Shown: positions 35,276 to 44,779 of the stretch, in pieces
Numbering within the stretch: the stretch's first letter is position 1
Layout of the letters: each line of letters begins with the position of its first letter
Assembly (NCBI GenBank): GCA_947450255.1
Contig: CANFVA010000001.1
Coordinates: 339-64,338, forward strand
Length of the DNA: 64,000 bases
Origin: Comamonadaceae bacterium
GTDB lineage: Bacteria; Pseudomonadota; Gammaproteobacteria; Burkholderiales; Burkholderiaceae_C
Direction: 5' to 3'
Notes under the pieces: model-generated
Seen by the model: only the letters and a program-made list of their open reading frames with translations
The model's database searches: none
Told to the model about the DNA's origin: nothing
Program-made: the position numbers and the translations under genes

Positions 35276-36658
35276 TCAGTGTGCCGCGATCTCCCGCGGT
35301 GCAAACTCGGCCTGGGCACGCGGCCTGGCTTGCACCCGTTGCGGAGGGAATATGATCTGGAAGTGCGAGCCCTCGCCGGCCACACTGGCAATCTGCAACT
35401 CGGCGCCATGTCGCTGGACCACATGTTTGACGATCGCCAGCCCTAACCCGGTACCGCCCGTATCGCGCGAGCGGCTGCGGTCAACCCGGTAAAAGCGCTC
35501 AGTCAACCGGGGAATATGCTCCTGCGCAATGCCCATACCCTGGTCATGTACGGCAAACCGCGCGCTCCCATCGTCTTGGGCACAGGCGATCACACGGATC
35601 GATTTTCCAGCGGGGGTGTAACGAACCGCGTTGCCAATCAGATTAAAAAACGCGCTGTGCAGTTCGGTTGCAGAACCAGCCAGCGACAAACCGCTTTGGA
35701 TCTCGAAGCTCAAACTATGGGTTTGTCCCCACAACACGCGCGATAGTTCGCCCGCTTCCTGTCGACATTGCTCCACTAAGGAGCTCACATCCACCCATTC
35801 GTGGCTGGACGGCAATGGACTGCCCTCAAGACGCGACAAGGTCAATAAGTCGCTCACCAAGGATTGCATCCGCGTGGCCTGTTGCGCCATCAAATCCAAG
35901 TAATGCGCGCGCTCGGAATCATTGAGCGGCAGGGTTTGCAAGGTTTCTACAAACCCACCCAGCACCGTCAGAGGTGTACGGATTTCATGCGAAACATTCG
36001 CCACGAAATCGCGGCGCATGGCCTCGGCTTGCTCCACTGCCGTGACATCGCGCGAGAGCAGCAGACTTCGGCCCTCGCCATAAGGGTGTACGTGCACCGA
36101 GAGGCGGACCGGCAAAGAAGCGGTGCTGGCCCTTCCCGGAATAAGCACATCGGAATCAAAATTTTTGGCCGCAACATACTCCGCAAAGCCCGGATCCCGT
36201 ACCAGGTTGGCAAAATGTTGTTGCAAATCGCGGCGGGCATCGAGACCGAAGTGCAATGCCGCCGAGTCATTAAACCATTCGATACGGAAATCTTTGTCTA
36301 GCAAAACGACACCGTTAGGCGAGGCTTGCATAGCGGCCAAAAATTCTTGCAAACGCTCATCACGCTGCTGCACTGCGCGCTCGTTATTGCGCAGCAAGCG
36401 TCGTATGCGGTTGGAAAACTCGCCCCATAAGCCCGACTCAACGGCAACTTCACGGGTTTGTTCGCTGCGCAGCCAACGCATCACACGCAGCCCACGCGAT
36501 AAATCCCACAATAACCAAAAGTAAGTAGCCCCTACCGCACCGGCCAATGCGGCGACCACCATCCCGCCATGCGTAGGAGCAAAGGCGCGCATAAATACCG
36601 CCGCCAACAATGCGCCAATGGCCTGAAATAAAGCAAAACTAAGCAGACGAATGAGCAT
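35276..36658 (-). CDS. phoR: Phosphate regulon sensor histidine kinase
   Basis: TM segments, PAS-like region, DFVANVSHEIRTPL H-box, NLIGNAVRYT, RFYRVDRSRSRDTGGTGLGL. Confidence 0.96.
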   Translation of the reverse strand: MLIRLLSFALFQAIGALLAAVFMRAFAPTHGGMVVAALAGAVGATYFWLLWDLSRGLRVMRWLRSEQTREVAVESGLWGEFSNRIRRLLRNNERAVQQRDERLQEFLAAMQASPNGVVLLDKDFRIEWFNDSAALHFGLDARRDLQQHFANLVRDPGFAEYVAAKNFDSDVLIPGRASTASLPVRLSVHVHPYGEGRSLLLSRDVTAVEQAEAMRRDFVANVSHEIRTPLTVLGGFVETLQTLPLNDSERAHYLDLMAQQATRMQSLVSDLLTLSRLEGSPLPSSHEWVDVSSLVEQCRQEAGELSRVLWGQTHSLSFEIQSGLSLAGSATELHSAFFNLIGNAVRYTPAGKSIRVIACAQDDGSARFAVHDQGMGIAQEHIPRLTERFYRVDRSRSRDTGGTGLGLAIVKHVVQRHGAELQIASVAGEGSHFQIIFPPQRVQARPRAQAEFAPREIAAH

Positions 36659-36675
36659 GGTCTGACGGGTAATGC

Positions 36676-37407
36676 CTAGCTGGGCTGGTCTGCCAAATCG
36701 CTGGGCTGCACGGCAAGTTGCGGCTTGGCCGTGAGACGATATCCCGCACCACGCACTGTCTCAACCATAGCAGCGGCTTGGCCCAAGGCTTCCCGCAAGC
36801 GCTTCACATGCACATCGACAGTACGCTCCTCGATGTAAACATGATCACCCCATACCTTATCTAGCAATTGTCCCCGGCTGTGCACACGTTCCGCATGGCC
36901 CATGAGGTACTGCAAAAGCTTGAATTCGGTAGGACCTAATTTAATGGCTTGGTCATTGAAAGACACGCGGTGCGTAGCCGAATCTAGGCGCAAGCCGGAA
37001 ATAAGAATCGCCTCGTCTTTGACCTGCGGCGTACGTCGGCGCAGCACTGCGCGCACACGTGCTAACAGTTCCTTCGTGGAAAAAGGCTTGGCAATGTAGT
37101 CGTCCGCGCCGGCATCGAGACCCGCTACGCGATCGGATTCGTCACCGCGTGCGGTGAGCATGATCAATGGAACTGCCTTGGTGCGCTCATGCCCACGCCA
37201 ACGCTTGGCCAGCGACAGGCCACTTTCACCGGGCAGCATCCAATCGAGCAGTATCAGATCTGGTAGCGCAGCATCCATTTCGCGCTGCGCGCTGACGCTG
37301 TCCATGGCCCAAATAGGACGAAACCCGTTATGCCTTAAATTCACCGCGATGAGTTCGGCAATCGAGGGTTCATCCTCAACCAGCAACACCGTGGGCGTGG
37401 TTCTCAT
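36676..37407 (-). CDS. phoB: Phosphate regulon response regulator
   Basis: LLDWMLPG phosphoacceptor, GADDYIAKPF, GPTEFKLL, ERTVDVHVKRLR, TVRGAGY. Confidence 0.97.
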   Translation of the reverse strand: MRTTPTVLLVEDEPSIAELIAVNLRHNGFRPIWAMDSVSAQREMDAALPDLILLDWMLPGESGLSLAKRWRGHERTKAVPLIMLTARGDESDRVAGLDAGADDYIAKPFSTKELLARVRAVLRRRTPQVKDEAILISGLRLDSATHRVSFNDQAIKLGPTEFKLLQYLMGHAERVHSRGQLLDKVWGDHVYIEERTVDVHVKRLREALGQAAAMVETVRGAGYRLTAKPQLAVQPSDLADQPS

Positions 37408-38105
37408 TTGATTACTTGCTCCACTTGGTCGATGCTGCTATGGCGCACGTCTTCGCCCTTCACCACATAAATAATGAATTCGGCAATATTTTTGGAATGG
37501 TCACCGATACGCTCAATCGCTTTGGCTAAAAACAGAAGGTCTAAACTAGGCGAAATCATGCGCGGGTCTTCCATCATGTAGGTGATGAGTTTGCGCACAA
37601 AGCCGTCAAACTCGTCGTCAATCAGGTCATCTTCCTTCAAAATACTCAAGGCGGCGTTTACGTCTAGACGGGCAAAAGCATCGAGCGCCTTATTGAGTAA
37701 TCCTGAGGCCAGATCCGCCGCGTAGCGCAGCTCCAGCGAAGGCAAAGAGCGAGGGGTGCCGCTTTCAATAATCGAGCGCACCATACGCGCAATTTTGGCG
37801 GCCTCATCGCCTACCCGCTCCAAATTCGCCGTCGTCTTGGAAATGGCGATCAAGAGTCGCAAATCACGGGCGGTCGGTTGCCGGCGCGCAATAATGGAAG
37901 AAAGGTCGCGATCAATTTCGATCTCCATCGCATTGACACGAGTCTCTTTAGCGGTTACCTCATCAGCGGCTTCGACATTGAAGTGGGAAAGCGCATAAAT
38001 TGCGCGAAGAATCTGTGATTCCACCAAACCACCCATTTCCATCACCTGGGATGACACCGAAGTCAATTCTGAATCGAATTGGGTGGATAGATGTTTATCG
38101 GGCAT
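37404..38105 (-). CDS. phoU: Phosphate signalling protein PhoU
   Basis: KHLSTQFD, RRQPTARDLR, LERVGD, IERIGDHSKNIAE. Confidence 0.97.
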   Translation of the reverse strand: MPDKHLSTQFDSELTSVSSQVMEMGGLVESQILRAIYALSHFNVEAADEVTAKETRVNAMEIEIDRDLSSIIARRQPTARDLRLLIAISKTTANLERVGDEAAKIARMVRSIIESGTPRSLPSLELRYAADLASGLLNKALDAFARLDVNAALSILKEDDLIDDEFDGFVRKLITYMMEDPRMISPSLDLLFLAKAIERIGDHSKNIAEFIIYVVKGEDVRHSSIDQVEQVIK

Positions 38106-38158
38106 GGTATTTCCTCAAGGTATGGAAAAAGAAAAGGTATGGGATGAAGAACGTTAGA

Positions 38159-38938
38159 TTAGCCGAAGCGGCCGGTAATATAGTCTTCGGTTTCTTTGCG
38201 CTTAGGCTTAAAAAACAATTGCTCTGTTTCGCCAAACTCAATCAAATCGCCCAGGTACATATAGGCGGTGTAGTCGCTGCAGCGCGCAGCTTGCTGCATA
38301 TTGTGGGTCACGATCACGACGGTGTAGTCGGCTTTCAATTCAACGATCAACTCTTCTACCTTGGCCGTGGAAATCGGATCGAGGGCAGAGCAAGGCTCGT
38401 CCAACAAAAGCACCTCGGGCTTTATGGCAATACCGCGCGCGATACAAAGGCGCTGTTGCTGCCCGCCGGAAAGGCTGGAGCCGCTCTGGTGTAATTTGTC
38501 TTTCACTTCGGTCCAGAGCGCCGATTTGCGTAAGGCCCATTCAACGCGCTCCTCTAAATCACTGGAATTGAGGTTTTCAAAAAGCTTTACACCGAAGGCC
38601 ACATTGTCAAAAATGGACATGGGAAAAGGCGTCGGCTTTTGGAACACCATACCTACTTTGGCGCGCAGCAAGGCCACATCTTCTTTGCTGTTGAGCAGAT
38701 CTTCGCCGTCAAGCAAAATTTGTCCTTCTGCACGCTGCTCGGGATAAAGCTCAAACATGCGATTGAGGACCCGCAAAAGCGTCGACTTACCACAACCAGA
38801 AGGCCCAATAAATGCGGTGACGCGACCTTCTGGGATTTCAAGATTGATGCCTTTTAAAGCCTTGAATTTTCCGTAGTAAAAATTCAAGTCTTTGATTGCT
38901 ATTTTGGTCCGTGCAATACCGGTGTCTGTTTTGAGCAT
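38159..38938 (-). CDS. pstB: Phosphate ABC transporter ATPase
   Basis: [53 protein letters not shown]. Confidence 0.98.
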   Translation of the reverse strand: MLKTDTGIARTKIAIKDLNFYYGKFKALKGINLEIPEGRVTAFIGPSGCGKSTLLRVLNRMFELYPEQRAEGQILLDGEDLLNSKEDVALLRAKVGMVFQKPTPFPMSIFDNVAFGVKLFENLNSSDLEERVEWALRKSALWTEVKDKLHQSGSSLSGGQQQRLCIARGIAIKPEVLLLDEPCSALDPISTAKVEELIVELKADYTVVIVTHNMQQAARCSDYTAYMYLGDLIEFGETEQLFFKPKRKETEDYITGRFG

Positions 38939-38960
38939 GGTAAAAATATTCCGAAAACGT

Positions 38961-39824
38961 TCAGGATTTTTGACGCGTCAAAACACGCGCCACGATGTTG
39001 AGGCCCAGCACTGCCAAGGTAATAAGGAACACTCCCGCCCACGCTAGCTTCTGCCAATTTTCATAAGGACTCATGGCAAATTTGAAGATGGTGACCGGCA
39101 GGCTAGCCATAGGCTCGCTCAAACTGGATGTCCAAAATTGATTGCTTAAGGCGGTAAACAACAAAGGTGCAGTCTCGCCTGCTATGCGCGCCACAGCCAA
39201 CAATATGCCAGTCAACACGCCTGCTCTTGCGGCTTTCATGGTAATGCTTGCAATCACCTTCCATTTGGGGGCACCCAGCGCATACGCGGCTTCTCGCAAA
39301 CCCGCGGGCACCAGGCGCAACATATCCTCGGTAGTACGAATGACCACAGGAATGACGATCAGGGCCAAGGCAACAACGCCGGCATATCCAGAGAAAGATT
39401 TAAATCGTGAAACCACCACCGAATATACAAACAGGCCAATGACGATAGATGGGGCAGAGAGCAAGATGTCGTTGACAAACCGGGTGGTCTCAGCCAACCA
39501 ACTTTTGGAGTCAAACTCAGCCAGGTAAATTCCAGCCATCACGCCAATGGGTGCACCCACCACGGTAGCCAAAGTCACCATGATGAACGAACCGTAAATC
39601 GCATTCGCAAGACCACCTTCTTCGTTGGGCGGCGGCGTCATTTGCGTGATCGTGGCAAAGGTCAAACCATCAATACCAAGTCGCACGGTTTCAAAAAGTA
39701 TCCAAAACAGCCAAAACAAACCGAAAGCCATCGCCGCCATGGCCAGACCAATGGCTAGCAAATTGACGCGTTTGCGAGTGGCAAATCGGGCTTGGCGAGT
39801 TGCCAGTAAAGCGCTTGCACTCAT
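38961..39824 (-). CDS. pstA: Phosphate ABC transporter permease
   Basis: [43 protein letters not shown]. Confidence 0.97.
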   Translation of the reverse strand: MSASALLATRQARFATRKRVNLLAIGLAMAAMAFGLFWLFWILFETVRLGIDGLTFATITQMTPPPNEEGGLANAIYGSFIMVTLATVVGAPIGVMAGIYLAEFDSKSWLAETTRFVNDILLSAPSIVIGLFVYSVVVSRFKSFSGYAGVVALALIVIPVVIRTTEDMLRLVPAGLREAAYALGAPKWKVIASITMKAARAGVLTGILLAVARIAGETAPLLFTALSNQFWTSSLSEPMASLPVTIFKFAMSPYENWQKLAWAGVFLITLAVLGLNIVARVLTRQKS

Positions 39825-40786
39825 GTTTTGGTACCCTCACTTTTTCGCAACTGCGCGAGTAGTATTTTGGACAATGACAAAATGACAAAAGTAATAAAAA
39901 ACAGCACCAAACCCAAGTACATCAACGCCGCCTGGTGCAGTCCTTCACCGGCCTCCGCAAACTCATTAGCTAGCGCTGACGTGATGCTGTTGGCCGCCTG
40001 AAACAAACTCAGCGAATCGAGCTGGTTGAAGTTGCCAATCACGAAGGTGACGGCCATGGTTTCACCGATAGCGCGGCCCAAACCCAACATAATGCCCCCG
40101 ATAACACCCGTCTTGGTGTAGGGGAGCACTACGCGGGAGACCACCTCCCAGGTCGTCGCTCCCAAGCCGTAGGCCGATTCTTTGAGCATGGGCGGCGTCA
40201 CCTCAAAAACGTCACGCATGACGGCCGAGATGAAAGGAATGACCATGATGGCCAGGATAATGCCAGCCGACAATATGCCGATACCGACCGGTGGCCCGGA
40301 CACAAAGGCACCGAGGTAAGGGACACCGGCGAAAGCGCTTTGTAAAGGGGTTTGTACATAGGTTGCCAATACCGGGCCGAAGACCAGCAAACCCCACATG
40401 CCGTACACAATCGATGGGACTGCAGCAAGCAGCTCAACCGCCGTACCCAAGGGCCGCTTTAACCACGCAGGCGATAACTCAGTTAAAAAGAGCGCAATGC
40501 CAAAGCTCACAGGCACAGCGATGAGCAGCGCGATGAGCGAGGTCGCTATCGTGCCGTAAATCATCACCAGTCCGCCAAAGTCCTCCTGTACCGGATCCCA
40601 AACCGTGCGCGTCAAAAAAGTCAATCCATATTTATGGATTGCAGGCCACGCGCTTATTGTCAAAGACAAAAGTATGGCAGCCAGAAGGGCCAAAGTGAGC
40701 AATGCAGCTGCCTTGGCCAAAATACCAAAGACCTGATCCACAAGCGGACCGCTGCGTGCTCTTTTGGGAGCTAATGTTGGAGTCAT
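39821..40786 (-). CDS. pstC: Phosphate ABC transporter permease
   Basis: [44 protein letters not shown]. Confidence 0.97.
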   Translation of the reverse strand: MTPTLAPKRARSGPLVDQVFGILAKAAALLTLALLAAILLSLTISAWPAIHKYGLTFLTRTVWDPVQEDFGGLVMIYGTIATSLIALLIAVPVSFGIALFLTELSPAWLKRPLGTAVELLAAVPSIVYGMWGLLVFGPVLATYVQTPLQSAFAGVPYLGAFVSGPPVGIGILSAGIILAIMVIPFISAVMRDVFEVTPPMLKESAYGLGATTWEVVSRVVLPYTKTGVIGGIMLGLGRAIGETMAVTFVIGNFNQLDSLSLFQAANSITSALANEFAEAGEGLHQAALMYLGLVLFFITFVILSLSKILLAQLRKSEGTKT

Positions 40787-40819
40787 GTATCGCCTGGCTT
40801 TCAGATGGGTGTCATCGAC

Positions 40820-40855
40820 AGTGCAACAAAGGCAGATGAACCGCCTTTGCGCACT
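40820..40855 (-). other. Stem-loop in the pstS-pstC spacer
   Basis: AGTGC..CAAAGGC (40820-40833) pairs with GCCTTTG..GCACT (40843-40855); no U-tract. Confidence 0.55.
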
Positions 40856-40885
40856 TGCCGTAAAGAGACATGCGGTGACAGTGGC

Positions 40886-41920
40886 TTATTTAAACGGAAT
40901 CGTTTTTCCCGAAGCGTCTTTGATTTCAGCCCATGATTTTTGAATCGCCGCTACCGCTGCCGCAGGCATAGGAACGTAATCAAGGTCTGCCGCGGACTTT
41001 TCGCCGTTGACATAGGCCCAGTTGAAGAACTTGAGCGTCTCGGTGCCGTTGGCAGGCTTGTCCTGCTTGGTATGCATCAAGATGAATGTGGCGCTAGTGA
41101 TGGGCCACGCATCTTTGCCGGGTTGGTTGGTCAAAATCTGATAGAAAGATTTAGCCCAGTCAGCGCCCGCCGCAGCAGCTTTGAAGGTGTCGTCTTCTGG
41201 TTTCACAAAATTACCCGCAGCGTTTTGCACCAAGGCATAAGTAAGCTTGTTTTGCTTCACATAGGAGTACTCAACATAGCCCAGGGAATTGGGTAAACGC
41301 GCCACGAAAGCGGCTACGCCCTCGTTTCCCTTACCGCCTGCACCTACAGGCCAGTTAACCGCCGTGCCCTCGCCCACTTTGGCTTTCCAATCGGCATTTA
41401 CCTTGCTCAGGTAATTAGTGAAGATAAACGTCGTGCCGGAGCCATCCGCACGGCGCACCTGCGCAATAGCGGTATCGGGCAGATTCACACCCGGGTTCAG
41501 TGCCTTAATGGCCGGGTCATTCCAACGACTCACCTTGCCCAAGTAAATGTCACCGAGCAATTGCCCGGTCAATTTCAACTGCCCAGGCGCAATACCGGTC
41601 ACATTCAAGATGGGAACTACGCCGCCGATCACCGTAGGAAACTGTAATTGGCCCTTGGATTTCAAAACCTCATCGGTCTGGGGCATGTCCGACGCACCGA
41701 AATCAACCGTTTTGGAATCGATTTGTTTGATACCACCACCCGAGCCGATAGACTGGTAGTTGACCTTCACGCCGGTCAGCTTGTTGTACTCAGAGGCCCA
41801 CTTGGCGTATAGCGGAGCGGGGAATGTGGCGCCAGCGCCAGTGATTTCCTGCGCTTGAACGGCAGTGAAGGCCAATGCGCAAGACAATGCCAAGAAGGAA
41901 CGGGAGAAAACGATCTGCAT
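40886..41920 (-). CDS. pstS: Phosphate-binding periplasmic protein
   Basis: Signal peptide (AVQA), GAGATFPAPLY, YQSIGSGGG, FGASD, RRADGSGTT, GKGNEGV; start moved to ATG 41920. Confidence 0.98.
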   Translation of the reverse strand: MQIVFSRSFLALSCALAFTAVQAQEITGAGATFPAPLYAKWASEYNKLTGVKVNYQSIGSGGGIKQIDSKTVDFGASDMPQTDEVLKSKGQLQFPTVIGGVVPILNVTGIAPGQLKLTGQLLGDIYLGKVSRWNDPAIKALNPGVNLPDTAIAQVRRADGSGTTFIFTNYLSKVNADWKAKVGEGTAVNWPVGAGGKGNEGVAAFVARLPNSLGYVEYSYVKQNKLTYALVQNAAGNFVKPEDDTFKAAAAGADWAKSFYQILTNQPGKDAWPITSATFILMHTKQDKPANGTETLKFFNWAYVNGEKSAADLDYVPMPAAAVAAIQKSWAEIKDASGKTIPFK

Positions 41921-41954
41921 GGAACACCTTTTCAGTGGATTGGAATAAGCAGGC

Positions 41955-41988
41955 ACTCTACGCACCGATTGTGACAAAAACGTGACAA
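41955..41988 (-). promoter_or_regulatory. Pho box promoter of pstSCAB-phoU-phoB-phoR
   Basis: Minus strand TTGTCAC-GTTT-TTGTCAC (41988-41971), 10-nt spacer, -10 TAGAGT (41960-41955). Confidence 0.9.
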
Positions 41989-42045
41989 TTTACCGATTAA
42001 TTTTCACTTCATGATCGCTTTACGTCGTTGAGGAGCGCTTGTTTT

Positions 42046-42079
42046 ATGTCACGAAACTGTCATTTTAGGTTCCTATCCT
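42046..42079 (+). promoter_or_regulatory. Pho box promoter of the fasciclin gene
   Basis: ATGTCAC-GAAA-CTGTCAT (42046-42063), 10-nt spacer, -10 TATCCT (42074-42079); RBS GGAGA at 42096-42100. Confidence 0.8.
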
Positions 42080-42106
42080 CCGAGGTTTTCAAACTGGAGA
42101 TTGACA

Positions 42107-42607
42107 ATGCCCTTCGCTTCCACCTTGTACTTCACACGTCGACTCGCCCTCGCAGCAAGCACCCTGGCCTTGGTCAGCGCCTGCGCCAGCTTGCAAAAGC
42201 CCGTCAGCTTGGCTGACACCATTGCCAAGACCCCCGAATTGAGCATGCTCAATGGATTGGTGAAAGCTGCAAGCCTGACGGAAACTCTCCAAGGTCCAGG
42301 CCCCATCACCTTGTTTGCACCCAATGACGCGGCATTCAAAGCCCTGAAACCGGGCACCCTGGAAGATCTAGGCAAACACCCGGAAAAGCTCAAAGACCTG
42401 CTCACTTACCACGCCGTGCCTGGTGCATTGACTGCCAAAGATGTGAAGAACAGCACCGTCAAAGCCGTCAACGGCGACCCGCTGGCGCTGTCCAAAGCAG
42501 GTGATTTCATCACCGTGGAAAACGCCATGGCAGTACAAGGCGACGTGATGGCCAGTAACGGCGTCATTCACATCATCGACACCGTTTTGACACCACCCAA
42601 GAAATAA
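42107..42607 (+). CDS. Fasciclin (FAS1) domain lipoprotein
   Basis: FAS1 H1 motif TLFAPNDAAF, LLTYH and H2 motif ASNGVIHIIDTVL; signal peptide with TRR and lipobox VSAC. Confidence 0.93.
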   Translation: MPFASTLYFTRRLALAASTLALVSACASLQKPVSLADTIAKTPELSMLNGLVKAASLTETLQGPGPITLFAPNDAAFKALKPGTLEDLGKHPEKLKDLLTYHAVPGALTAKDVKNSTVKAVNGDPLALSKAGDFITVENAMAVQGDVMASNGVIHIIDTVLTPPKK

Positions 42608-42790
42608 ATAGCAGGCTGCGACGTGCCCAAGGTCGCCACACCCATGTGAAAACAGCTCCCCATTTGGCGAGGCACGGTGCCAGGGTAATGGCCGCATTGG
42701 TACTTTGCGGGAGGATGCAAGTGTCCAGTAAGGACACGCTCACCCGGGATGCTATCCTCTAGCGGTTTTGCCCCCTCACGCGCTTTCCCC

Positions 42791-44290
42791 ATGCCCTCTC
42801 CCCTCCGACTGGCCGCTATAGACTTGGGCTCTAACAGCTTCCGACTGGAAATCGGCGTTATTTCCCACGGGGCGTTTGAACGCACCGAATACCTCAAGGA
42901 ATCAGTGCGCCAAGGCGCGGGCATGGACAGTGAGCGCAATCTGACGCCACAAGCCATGCAAAGCGGATGGGATTGTTTAGCCCGGTTTGGCGAACGTTTG
43001 GCCGGTTTCAAATCGTCGCAGGTACGGGCTGTTGCCACCCAGACCTTGCGTGAAGCGCGTAATCGCGACGTATTTTTGGCCCGTGCGGTAAAAATCCTGG
43101 GCTTCCCGATTGATGTGATCTCGGGCCGTGAAGAGGCCCGACTTATTTACAAAGGCGTGTCACACCTGCTTGCCCCTTCGGACGAGCGCCGCCTGGTGGT
43201 AGACATTGGCGGACGTTCAACCGAGCTGATACTCGGCCAAAACCAGCAACCCCGGGTAATGGAGTCTTTCCGTGTCGGAAGCATCGCATGGTCTACGCGG
43301 TATTTCCCCGAGGGACTTTGGCGACGCAAATCCTTTGATACTGCAGAAATTGCCGCCAAAGCGGTTTTGGATGGCGCCTTGCAGGCCTACCACCCCGGCA
43401 ATTGGGACATCGCTTACGGCTCAGCGGGCACCGTCAGTGCTGTCAGTGAGGCACTGGTCGCGGGCGGCTGGTCCGATGGCCTAGTGACCATGCAGGGATT
43501 GGACTGGCTCAAAGAGCTTTTAATCGAGACCGGGCAGGCCGAAGGCAGCAAAATCCCTGGCTTGCGTGAAGACCGCAAGGCCATCATTGCTGGCGGCTTG
43601 GCGGTCACGCGCGCCCTGTTTCAGTTACTGGGCATTGAAAGTCTGAGCCCGACTTCAGGCGGATTGCGCCATGGCCTTTTGTGCCAAATGCAGGGGTCGC
43701 GCGAAAGCGCTAGCGACCTACGCAGCAAAACCGTGGAACGGCTGGCCCATAAATTTAACATCGACCGAGCGCACGGCAGCCGCGTTGGAAAAGTAGCTAC
43801 ACAGTTATTCATGCAAATCGCGGGCGATCAGGCGCTCGATACCTGGGACGAGTCCAACCGTAGCGTGCGCAAGCTACGTTGGGCCGCAGAACTGCACGAA
43901 ATCGGAAGCCATATTTCGCACAGCGACTACCACAAGCATGGTGCCTATATCCTGCAAAATGCAGACGCGATGGGTTTTTCCTTGGATGAATTGCAGCGCT
44001 TAAGTCTTCTGGTGCTGGGACACCGCGGCAAATTGCGCAAAATTGAAGCCGACTTGGCCTTAGATGACTTTCGGGCACAACTCATGGCCTTGCGGATTGC
44101 AGTCATTTTGTGCCATGCCCGGCGCGACCCACGAGCCGACTGCATCAGCATCGCGCAAAACAAAGGCGTCGTTAAAGTGCACTGTGATGCTAGTTGGGCA
44201 TCTGATTTTCCACAGTCCGCTTACTTGCTGCGCGAGGAGATATTGGCATGGCAAAAGACAGGTTGGCCGATGGAGTTTTTAGAACTGTAA
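42791..44290 (+). CDS. ppx: Exopolyphosphatase (Ppx/GppA family with HD-like C-domain)
   Basis: AAIDLGSNSFRL, ISGREEARLIY, DIGGRSTE, GLRHG, LHEIG...YHKHGAY; extended -10 TGCTATCCT at 42750-42758. Confidence 0.93.
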   Translation: MPSPLRLAAIDLGSNSFRLEIGVISHGAFERTEYLKESVRQGAGMDSERNLTPQAMQSGWDCLARFGERLAGFKSSQVRAVATQTLREARNRDVFLARAVKILGFPIDVISGREEARLIYKGVSHLLAPSDERRLVVDIGGRSTELILGQNQQPRVMESFRVGSIAWSTRYFPEGLWRRKSFDTAEIAAKAVLDGALQAYHPGNWDIAYGSAGTVSAVSEALVAGGWSDGLVTMQGLDWLKELLIETGQAEGSKIPGLREDRKAIIAGGLAVTRALFQLLGIESLSPTSGGLRHGLLCQMQGSRESASDLRSKTVERLAHKFNIDRAHGSRVGKVATQLFMQIAGDQALDTWDESNRSVRKLRWAAELHEIGSHISHSDYHKHGAYILQNADAMGFSLDELQRLSLLVLGHRGKLRKIEADLALDDFRAQLMALRIAVILCHARRDPRADCISIAQNKGVVKVHCDASWASDFPQSAYLLREEILAWQKTGWPMEFLEL

Positions 44291-44308
44291 GCCAGCAGTT
44301 AGCACCCA

Positions 44309-44779
44309 TCAAAGCAAATCAGGGGATTGAACACTGAGGACGGTAGTTTCCACCTCGCCATGCCGCTCCCGGTACCGCAACCACCAAACTGCCCCTTTTT
44401 TCACGACGCAGGTTTGCCCAGGCATGGCCAACAACTGGGCGATTGTTTGGCCGATTGTGGGCTGATGTCCCACCACCAAGACGCAAGTACCGGCCTGCGG
44501 CCAATGCACCAATTTCAAAAGATCATCCACACCTGCCAGAGGCGCAAGTGCCGCGGTAATTTTGTATTTACGGTCTAGAGCCTTGGCGGTTTGCTCGGCA
44601 CGCAAAGCAGGGCTGCAATACACCTTGGTGCCGGCGGGCAATTGACGGTCTAGCCAGGCGGCCATCCGTTGCGCTTGTTTTTCCCCACGCGGGCTGAGCG
44701 TTCGCAGCATATCGTCACCGACCAATTCCAAATCGATGGCCTCGGCATGCCGCCAAAATACCAAGTCCATGGTGCTCAT
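44309..44779 (-). CDS. sixA: SixA-family phosphohistidine phosphatase
   Basis: WRHAEA, SPALRAEQT and VVGHQP histidine-phosphatase motifs; ATGA overlap with the ppk1 stop. Confidence 0.85.
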   Translation of the reverse strand: MSTMDLVFWRHAEAIDLELVGDDMLRTLSPRGEKQAQRMAAWLDRQLPAGTKVYCSPALRAEQTAKALDRKYKITAALAPLAGVDDLLKLVHWPQAGTCVLVVGHQPTIGQTIAQLLAMPGQTCVVKKGAVWWLRYRERHGEVETTVLSVQSPDLL

